From positions 128,001 through 192,000 of the forward strand of contig CBDDBZ010000036.1 of the NCBI GenBank assembly GCA_965225945.1: a DNA stretch of 64,000 nt, in the 5' to 3' direction. The stretch's first letter is position 1; every line of letters begins with the position of its first letter. The position numbers and the translations under genes were made by a program. Source of the stretch: Alphaproteobacteria bacterium. Lineage in GTDB: Bacteria > Pseudomonadota > Alphaproteobacteria > GCA-2731375. This document shows, in pieces, positions 54,455 through 64,000 of the stretch. The notes beneath the pieces were generated by a model, which worked only from the letters and a program-made list of their open reading frames with translations, had not been told where the DNA came from and searched no databases.

Positions 54455-54775
54455 ATGACCGAAGGCTTAGTGGTGATCCACCTGATCCTGGCGATCTCGA
54501 TCGTCGTGCTGGTCCTGCTGCAACGTAGCGAGGGCGGTGCTCTGGGCATCGGCGGCAGCGGCAACCTCGGCGGGTTGGTGAGCGGGCGGGCCGCCGGCAG
54601 CTTCTTGACCAAGGCGACGGCGGGAATGGCGGCGGGCTTTATGCTGACCTCGATGCTGTTGACGATCCTCGCCGGCAATACCGGGGAGCGGCGCTCGATC
54701 GCCGACGAAATCGAGGGTCGGGGCGCGAATCAGGAGGCGCCGGTCAGCGGGCCGCAGGTGCCGAAGAGCAAATAG
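54455..54775 (+). CDS. secG: Preprotein translocase subunit SecG
   Basis: VLLQRSEGGALGIGG..GRAAGSFLTKAT; tpiA-secG-pyrG synteny. Confidence 0.93.
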   Translation: MTEGLVVIHLILAISIVVLVLLQRSEGGALGIGGSGNLGGLVSGRAAGSFLTKATAGMAAGFMLTSMLLTILAGNTGERRSIADEIEGRGANQEAPVSGPQVPKSK

Positions 54776-54797
54776 CACCCGAAAAAGGCGCTGAATT

Positions 54798-54870
54798 CCG
54801 GCATTCGTTCGCGACGATCACGGTTTTGCTTGGGTGGCCCGGCATTCGTTCGCGACGATCACGGTTTTGC

Positions 54871-54884
<14 letters not shown>
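54798..54884 (+). repeat. Perfect 41-bp tandem duplication upstream of pyrG
   Basis: CCGGCATTCGTTCGCGACGATCACGGTTTTGCTTGGGTGGC at 54798 and 54839, followed by a third CCGGC at 54880. Confidence 0.93.
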
Positions 54885-56536
<1,652 letters not shown>

Positions 56537-56590
56537 GGACCACCGCCGTTCGTTTTGACAGCCGGCGAGGCCGACGTTAAGGAGGCGGGC

Positions 56591-56611
56591 GCTAGTGGAT
56601 AGAATCCACTA
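56591..56611. promoter_or_regulatory. Palindrome upstream of eno
   Basis: TAGTGGAT-AGA-ATCCACTA with perfect 8-bp arms; 18 bp shared with 15236-15253. Confidence 0.45.
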
Positions 56612-56612
56612 A

Positions 56613-57914
<1,302 letters not shown>

Positions 57915-57976
57915 GCGCCGAATCAAACCAGAACAAGGATTCCGAGGCGAAGCCGAGGGATATTTTTTACGATCGG

Positions 57977-59158
57977 CTAGCGGGGCTCGACCCTGAGGAT
58001 GCGTCCCTCGGCGGAATCGGTCAGCAGATAGAGGTAGCCGTCCGGGCCTTGGCGGACGTCGCGGATGCGCTCGTCGAGCCCTTGCAGCATGCGCTCCTCC
58101 GCCACGATCCTTTCGCCGTCGAGCGTGAGGCGCGCCACCAGTTGGTACTTGAGGGCGCCCACCAGCAGGTTGCCGCGCCACTTCGGAAACTTGTCGCCGG
58201 TATAGAAGGCCATGCCCGACGGCGCGATCGAGGGATCCCAATAGTAGATCGGTTGCTCGAGGCCGGCCTTGTGGGTGCCCTCGCCGATGCGGCCGCCCAA
58301 GTAGTGGCGGCCATAGGCGATCAGCGGCCAGCCGTAGTTCAGACCCGCCGCCGGCACGTTGATCTCGTCGCCGCCCCGGGCCCCATGCTCGTGAATCCAG
58401 AGCTTGCCGGTCTCTGGATGCAGGGCCGCGCCCTGCGGGTTGCGGTGGCCATAAGACCAGACCTCGGGTCGCCTGCCGGCCACGCCGACGAAGGGGTTGT
58501 CGGCCGGGATTTGGCCGTTGGGCCGGATGCGGATCACCTGCCCTCGGTTGATGGTGAAGTCCTGCGCCCGATCGCGCTCTCCCCGCTCGCCGATGGTGAT
58601 GAACAGGCCGCCGTCGCGCGCGAACACCAGGCGGGAGCCGAAGTGCACGCCACCGCCGCTTTTCGGAAGCTGGCGAAAAATCACTTTCAGTTCGCTCAAC
58701 CGATTACCGGCGAGATCCAGCCGCGCCCGGACCACCGCCGTGCCGGCCCCGCCGCGACCGGGCTCGGCATGGGAGAGATAGATCCAACGATTTCTCGGAA
58801 AGTCGGGATCGATCGCCACGTCCAGCATGCCGCCCTGACCGGAGGCGACGACGCGGGGCGCGCCGGCGAGCGGTGCTCCGAGCCGCCCGCGCGCGTCGAC
58901 CACGCGGACCGCTCCCTCGCGCTCCGTCACCACCATGGCGCCGCCGGGGAGGAAGGCCAGGCCCCAGGGATGATCCAGACCCTCGACCAGGGTGACGACG
59001 CCGAGGTCGTAATGCTCCGAGGTGAAGGTCTGTCCGCCGGCGCCGGACGCCGCCGGGAGTGTGGCGGCGAGAGCGGCGAGGAAGCGGGCCAGATGAACGC
59101 TTTGCAGCAAGCCCAGGGGCCTCGATTGGTGTGGCGAGTTCGAAGGCGCGCACATCAC
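57977..59158 (-). CDS. PQQ-dependent soluble sugar dehydrogenase (YliI/GdhB-like)
   Basis: LDHPWGLAFLP, GQGGMLDV, HFGSRLVF, WSYGHRNPQG, EHGARGGDEIN, NYGWP, SIAPSG, RIRDVRQGPDG; start uncertain. Confidence 0.9.
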   Translation of the reverse strand: MMCAPSNSPHQSRPLGLLQSVHLARFLAALAATLPAASGAGGQTFTSEHYDLGVVTLVEGLDHPWGLAFLPGGAMVVTEREGAVRVVDARGRLGAPLAGAPRVVASGQGGMLDVAIDPDFPRNRWIYLSHAEPGRGGAGTAVVRARLDLAGNRLSELKVIFRQLPKSGGGVHFGSRLVFARDGGLFITIGERGERDRAQDFTINRGQVIRIRPNGQIPADNPFVGVAGRRPEVWSYGHRNPQGAALHPETGKLWIHEHGARGGDEINVPAAGLNYGWPLIAYGRHYLGGRIGEGTHKAGLEQPIYYWDPSIAPSGMAFYTGDKFPKWRGNLLVGALKYQLVARLTLDGERIVAEERMLQGLDERIRDVRQGPDGYLYLLTDSAEGRILRVEPR

Positions 59159-59284
59159 GTCTCCTTCCCGGCTGGGGGAGGTCTGCGATTATTGTGGCAT
59201 CGACGCGTCCCGAACGCACCGCCGGCGTGCCCGGGCGGGGTGAAACCTATAGCATCGGGGCGGTCCATTCCCGGGAGGTGAGCC

Positions 59285-59797
59285 ATGATCCGACGCTGCG
59301 GCGAGGCGGACACCGAGCGGATCCTCGACATCATCAACGACGCGGCCGAGGCCTATCGCGGCCAGATACCCGAGGACTGCTTCCACGACCCCTACATGGG
59401 GGCGGGCGAGCTGGCGGCGGAAATCGCCGCCGGCATCGAGTTCCGGGGCTGGGAGGAGGCGGGGCGGCTCGTCGCGGTGATGGGTTTGCAGGCGGTTCGC
59501 GACGTTACCTTGATCCGCCATGCCTACGTCGCCACGGCGCTGCGGCGACGGGGCATCGGCAGCCAGTTGCTGAGGCGGTTGCTGGCGGAGTCCGAGACAC
59601 CGCTGCTGATCGGCACCTGGAGGGCGGCCACCTGGGCCATCGACTTCTATCTGAAGCACGGCTTCGAGGTGGCCTCGAGGGCGGAGACTCGCGATCTCCT
59701 GAAGCGCTATTGGACGGTGCCCGATCGCCAGATCGAGAGCTCGGTCGTGTTGGCGGCCGGGGGCTGGTTGGCTTTGAACCGAGGGGAAACGAGATGA
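59285..59797 (+). CDS. GNAT-family N-acetyltransferase
   Basis: IINDAAEAYRG.IP.D, LIRHAYV..RRRGIG, LIGTW..A.WAIDFY.KHGF, RQIESSVVL. Confidence 0.88.
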   Translation: MIRRCGEADTERILDIINDAAEAYRGQIPEDCFHDPYMGAGELAAEIAAGIEFRGWEEAGRLVAVMGLQAVRDVTLIRHAYVATALRRRGIGSQLLRRLLAESETPLLIGTWRAATWAIDFYLKHGFEVASRAETRDLLKRYWTVPDRQIESSVVLAAGGWLALNRGETR

Positions 59798-61011
59798 GCG
59801 ACATTTTCGAACGCCTGGGCGTGGCGACCATCGTCAACGCCAAGGGCACGTCGACCCGGCTGAGCGGCGCCATCCTGTCGCCCGAGGTGGCCGAGGCGAT
59901 GCGCCAGGCCTCGACCTCTTGCGTCGAGATGACCCAATTACAGGCCCGGGCGAGCGAGATCATCGCCGAGGCGACGGGGGCCGAGGCGGGCTACGTCACG
60001 TCGGGCGCGGCGGCCGGCCTGCTGCTCGGCACGGCGGCGGCGGTCACCGGTCTCGATCCGGCGCGGATGAACCGGCTGCCCGATACCACCGGCATGGCGA
60101 ACCAGGTTGTGGTGGCGCGAAGCCACCGCAACTTCTACGACCATGCGGTACGAACCGTGGGCGTCGAGCTGGTCGAGGTCGGGCTCGCCGATCGCTTCGC
60201 CGGCGCGGGCGTCCGCGACACCGAGGCATGGGAGATCGCCGAGGCGATCGGCGAGCGGACGGCGGCGGTGCTCTATGTCGCCCAGCCGCATGCGCGGCCC
60301 TCGCTGGCGGAGGTGGCGGCGGCGGCGCATGGCAAGGGTGTTCCGGTGATCGTCGACGCGGCCGGGCAACTGCCGCCGGCGGCCAACCTCACCCGCTTCC
60401 TCGCCGAGGGCGCGGACCTGGTGGCGTTCAGCGGCGGCAAGGCGCTAGGCGGGCCGCAATGTTCCGGCATCCTGGCCGGCCGCCGCGATCTGATCCAGGC
60501 GGCGGCGCTGCAGAACCTCGACACCGACATCTTCTTCGAACAGTGGAATCCGCCGCCCGGTTTCCTCGACAAGTCTCGCCTGCCGGGGCTGCCACAGCAT
60601 GGAATCGGCCGACCCTGCAAGGTCGGGCGCGAGGAGGTGGTGGGCTTGCTGACGGCGCTCGGCCAATTCATCGAGGAGGGCGACGAGGCCCGCGCTCGGG
60701 TCTGGACGGCGACGGCCGAAGCCCTGCGCGACGCCCTCGCCGGCACGCCCTCGGCGGAGATCACGCTGGTGGCGGACAGCTATCGCCCCGGCATGGCGGG
60801 CGTCGTGCTCAAACTGGACGAAGCGGCGGCCGGCATGAGCGCGATGGATCTGCTGTGTCGCCTGCAGGATGGCGAGCCGGGCGTGCATGTCGACAACGCG
60901 CGGGTCCATGACGGCGTCATCGGCTTCGCGCCGGTTTGCCTCCGCCCCGGCGACATCGAGATCATCGCGCGCCGCGTCGGGGAGGAACTGGGCCGGAACT
61001 GGCGCCCTTAG
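59794..61011 (+). CDS. SelA-like PLP-dependent enzyme (DgaE/SelA-related)
   Basis: IVNAKGTSTRLSG, YVTSGAAAG, VIVDAAG, GADLVAFSGGKALGGPQ, IGRPCKVGREE. Confidence 0.85.
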   Translation: MSDIFERLGVATIVNAKGTSTRLSGAILSPEVAEAMRQASTSCVEMTQLQARASEIIAEATGAEAGYVTSGAAAGLLLGTAAAVTGLDPARMNRLPDTTGMANQVVVARSHRNFYDHAVRTVGVELVEVGLADRFAGAGVRDTEAWEIAEAIGERTAAVLYVAQPHARPSLAEVAAAAHGKGVPVIVDAAGQLPPAANLTRFLAEGADLVAFSGGKALGGPQCSGILAGRRDLIQAAALQNLDTDIFFEQWNPPPGFLDKSRLPGLPQHGIGRPCKVGREEVVGLLTALGQFIEEGDEARARVWTATAEALRDALAGTPSAEITLVADSYRPGMAGVVLKLDEAAAGMSAMDLLCRLQDGEPGVHVDNARVHDGVIGFAPVCLRPGDIEIIARRVGEELGRNWRP

Positions 61012-61279
61012 CCCGCATTTCTCACCGTGCCCACGGCCTCAGTCGACCTGGGCCGAGTCGATCGCCGAGGAGAAAGCCTGAAAGCGTAGCGGGGCCTACG
61101 GTGAAGGCCTTCGACACGGCGGGCGGCCGGCCCAGGTCGACCCCCTGGGCGTCGCTGTCGGCCCGACAGGGTGCGTCGCGCCGCTTGCCCGATGCGCCCC
61201 CGCATCGCGCGGCGCGGCGCTCCTGCCCTGTCGGGCCGACAGCGACGCTGAGGCCATGGGCACGGTGAGAAATGCGGGC
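61011..61279. mobile_element. MITE (269 bp, non-coding)
   Basis: 32-bp terminal IRs GCCCGCATTTCTCACCGTGCCCAYGGCCTCAG with 1 mismatch (61011-61042 and 61248-61279); TA on both flanks (61009-10, 61280-1); internal hairpins. Confidence 0.85.
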
Positions 61280-61291
61280 TAGCCTTCGTAG

Positions 61292-61759
61292 TCAGAAGAT
61301 CCCGGCCTCCAGTCCGGCCGCCATCAGCGTTCCGATCTCCTCGCACTGCGCGACGAAGGCCTCTTGCCATGCGCCCCGACAGATCAGCGGCTCGGCGACG
61401 GCGCGCCATCTGAGGCCGGTGACGATGGCCTCGACCCCGCGCCGGGTGCCGGTGCCGTCATGGCCCGCCCGGATATAGAGCGCGTAGGCCAAGCCCTGCG
61501 TCTCCTCCAGGCAGGGGTAGTAGGCACGATCGAAGAAGTCCTTCAGCGCCCCGCTCATGTAGCCGAGGTTCTCGGTCGTGCCGAGGATGATGGCATCGGC
61601 CGCGAGGACGTCGTCGGGACCGGCGTCGAACGGCGCCCGTAGCACCACCTCGACGCCGGCGATATCGCGATGCCGCGCGCCGCGCGCCACCGCCTCGCGC
61701 AAACGGACCGTGTTCTCGGACGGTCCGTGCGCGACGATCAGCAGTCGGCGCTCGGCCAC
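61292..61759 (-). CDS. Flavodoxin-family (WrbA-like fold) protein
   Basis: LLIVAHGPSENT, ILGTTENLGYMSGALKDFFDR, AGHDGTG. Confidence 0.85.
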   Translation of the reverse strand: MAERRLLIVAHGPSENTVRLREAVARGARHRDIAGVEVVLRAPFDAGPDDVLAADAIILGTTENLGYMSGALKDFFDRAYYPCLEETQGLAYALYIRAGHDGTGTRRGVEAIVTGLRWRAVAEPLICRGAWQEAFVAQCEEIGTLMAAGLEAGIF

Positions 61760-61789
61760 CGGTCTCGAAGCCTCGCGCCTCGCCCGGCG

Positions 61790-62104
61790 CTACCTGATCG
61801 GCGAGAAGGGGGCTGGGATCAGGATCCGGCTCTTCTGGCTCTTGATCCAGGTCCGCACCTTGGAGACGTAGCCGAGCCACTGTTTATTCTCGAACAGCCG
61901 CGCACGCCGGCTGGCTCGGTCGTTCAGGTCCGTATAGCCCCACATGTGGATCAGCAGGTTCAGATCGCCGATGTCGGTGGTGAAATAGCCGACCATGTTG
62001 CCCAGGATCTCCTTCTGGACCTTCATGCCCTCGGCCTCGTAGAGCGCCAACATCTCCGCCAGCTTGCCGACCTCAATCTCGTAAATCCGTTCCTCGACGA
62101 TCAT
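61790..62104 (-). CDS. NIPSNAP-family protein
   Basis: MIVEERIY, GYFTTDIGDLN..IHMWGY..L.DR..RR, ILIPAPFSP. Confidence 0.9.
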   Translation of the reverse strand: MIVEERIYEIEVGKLAEMLALYEAEGMKVQKEILGNMVGYFTTDIGDLNLLIHMWGYTDLNDRASRRARLFENKQWLGYVSKVRTWIKSQKSRILIPAPFSPIR

Positions 62105-62176
62105 CGTGGCTCTCCTCCCCTGGTTTCTCCGGGCGCCAGTCTAGCGGTCGAGCGTGGCGGCGGGAAAGCCGTTGGT

Positions 62177-63499
62177 TCAATCGTAGCCGAGCAGCACCCG
62201 GGGCAGCCAGAGCGTCAGCTCGGGAAACCACATCACCAGGCCCAGCACCGCGAAGTGCAGCGCGATGAACGGCGTCACGCCGCGATACATGTCGAGCAGG
62301 GTGATTTCCGGCGGCGAGATCGCGCGGAGATAGAAGATCGCGCCCGCCATCGGCGGGGTCAGCAGGCTCGTCTGCATCATGATCAGTAGGAGAATCGCGA
62401 ACCAGACCGTGTCGAAGCCGAAGCCGACCATCAGCGGAATCGCCAAGGGCACGATGATCAACATGATCGTGATGAGGTCGAGGATGAAGCCGGCGACGAA
62501 GGTGATCAGCAGGATCATCCAGAGCGTGCCCCAGGCGCCGAGCCCGAGGCCGCCCATCAGCGCCTCGATCCGCGCCAGGCCGCCGGCGGCGGCGAAGACG
62601 CCGCCGAACATGGTGCCGCCGACGACGATGGTCAGAATCATCGCCGTGATGGTGATGGTCTTCACCATCGCCTGCTTCAGCACCGCGTGCGAATAAGTGC
62701 GGTAGACGAGGGTCAGTATCACACTGCCGGCGGCACCCACGGCCGCGGCCTCGGTCGGCACCGCGACCGCGAAGATGATGGAGCCGAGAACACCGGCGAT
62801 CAGTGCCAGCGGCGGCACGAAGGCGACCAGCGTGATGACCAGCTTCTGGACGAAACTGGGCTCGTCGGTGGCCCGGGGCAGGCTCGGGCCCGCCGAGGGT
62901 TGGAGCGTGCAGCGGGTCAGGATGTAGATGATGTAGAGCCCCGCCAGGCTCAGCCCCGGCAGCAGCATCGCCGCGAACAGGTCGCCGATGCCGAGATCGG
63001 CGATCGTCGCCAGGATCACCACCAGGACCGAGGGGGGGATGATCGAGCCGAGCGAGCCGCCGGCGCAGATCGTGCCGGAAATAAGGTCGTTGTCGTAGCC
63101 GTGGCGCAGCATCACCGGGATCGCGAGCATGCCGACCACGGTTTCGGTCGCGCCGACGACGCCGCTGGAGGCGGCGAAGACCACGCACATCACAATCGTG
63201 GCGACGGCGAGCCCGCCGGGCAGGCGCCGGGTCCAGAGGTGGATCGCCTCGAACAGGCGGTTGGCGATGCCGGAGCGCTCCAGCATCGCGCCCATGAAGA
63301 TGAACAGCGGCGCGGCCGCCAGGATATGCGAGGAGGAGATGTCCTGGACCTTGTGGGCGAACATGGTGACCACGCTGTCGCCCAGCACCGCGAGGCCAAA
63401 GACGAAGGCGACCGCCATCAATCCGAAGGCGACGGGCACGCCGAGCAAGATCACCCCCAGCAAGACCGGAAACATCCAGAGCGCGAGGGCGCCGCTCAT
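62177..63499 (-). CDS. TRAP transporter large permease (DctM family)
   Basis: AAPLFIFMG.MLERSG, GTICAGGSLG.IIPPS, PTEAAAVG, LTPPM, FPELTLWLP. Confidence 0.92.
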   Translation of the reverse strand: MSGALALWMFPVLLGVILLGVPVAFGLMAVAFVFGLAVLGDSVVTMFAHKVQDISSSHILAAAPLFIFMGAMLERSGIANRLFEAIHLWTRRLPGGLAVATIVMCVVFAASSGVVGATETVVGMLAIPVMLRHGYDNDLISGTICAGGSLGSIIPPSVLVVILATIADLGIGDLFAAMLLPGLSLAGLYIIYILTRCTLQPSAGPSLPRATDEPSFVQKLVITLVAFVPPLALIAGVLGSIIFAVAVPTEAAAVGAAGSVILTLVYRTYSHAVLKQAMVKTITITAMILTIVVGGTMFGGVFAAAGGLARIEALMGGLGLGAWGTLWMILLITFVAGFILDLITIMLIIVPLAIPLMVGFGFDTVWFAILLLIMMQTSLLTPPMAGAIFYLRAISPPEITLLDMYRGVTPFIALHFAVLGLVMWFPELTLWLPRVLLGYD

Positions 63500-63993
63500 G
63501 GGGCGTCGCTGGCCTTGTCGTGGCCGAGGACGACGCGGCCGCGCTTCACGATCTCGGCCACGATCTGCAGGGCGAACATCGCGAAGCCGAAGCCGACCAC
63601 CGCGTGGAGCGGCCAGATCACCGGGTTCCAGGCGCTCTCGCCCGAGACCTCGCCGACGGCGAAGGCGGTCCAGGCGATCTCGAGCAGGCGCCAGGTCAAC
63701 CACCCGACCACCGGCAGCAGAAAGCCGACATGGAGCACCAGGTCGATGCCCGCGCGCAGGCGCCGGGGGAAGCGGGCATGCAGGAAGTCGATGCGGACAT
63801 GCGCGTCCTCGCGCAGCACGTAGGCGACGCCGAGCGCGTAATGCGCGCCGGTCATCATGTAGGCGAGTTCGTAGGCCCAGAAGGTCGGCAGATCGAAGAA
63901 GAAGCGCGCCACCACCTCGTAGACCATGACGGTGAAGAGAGGCAGCACGAGACAGGCGCCGCCGAAGCCGACGGCGCCCGTCAAACGATCCAT
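63496..63993 (-). CDS. TRAP transporter small permease (DctQ family); start may lie beyond the window
   Basis: YEVVARFFF..PT.WAYEL, HVRIDF, four TM segments. Confidence 0.88.
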   Translation of the reverse strand: MDRLTGAVGFGGACLVLPLFTVMVYEVVARFFFDLPTFWAYELAYMMTGAHYALGVAYVLREDAHVRIDFLHARFPRRLRAGIDLVLHVGFLLPVVGWLTWRLLEIAWTAFAVGEVSGESAWNPVIWPLHAVVGFGFAMFALQIVAEIVKRGRVVLGHDKASDAP

Positions 63994-64000
63994 CAGGCGC

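Noticed and set aside
59794-61011. True selenocysteine synthase SelA
   Set aside because: Lacks the N-terminal tRNA-binding extension and any sel-operon context; fits the SelA-like/DgaE group.

Overview
High-GC alphaproteobacterial chromosome segment, Rhodospirillales-like by gene content and an alpha-type LexA box (inference). It is mostly conserved core genome: flbT-flaF, modABC-hisI-metC, aapJQMP, tyrS/anmK, erpA, dgt-argS-SPOR-nagZ-S2P-scpAB-tatABC, rpsB-tsf-pyrH-frr-uppS-cdsA-dxr-rseP-bamA-skp-fabZ, gltA-gltX, comEC, lexA-moeA-moaC-trpCD, ppiD, tpiA-secG-pyrG-eno, then a small catabolic/TRAP region. Mobile DNA comprises a partial IS1182, an intact IS630 in the rpsB stop codon, and a 269-bp MITE in another stop codon. 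Main observations: (1) a ~770-bp non-coding, AT-richer array of a degenerate 17-bp unit (CCGGGAGGATAAAGGGA) with inverted ends and an interrupted REP-like hairpin between aapP and tyrS; (2) lpxD, lpxA, lpxI, lpxB and kdsA are all missing from their usual positions, hinting at an LPS-less outer membrane; (3) a structured repeat between modA and modB; (4) an identical 18-bp palindromic motif at two promoter regions 41 kb apart; (5) a duplicated, near-leaderless pyrG promoter. Several single-base frameshifts, one in the normally essential dxr, suggest consensus errors, so fine-scale features need read-level checking.
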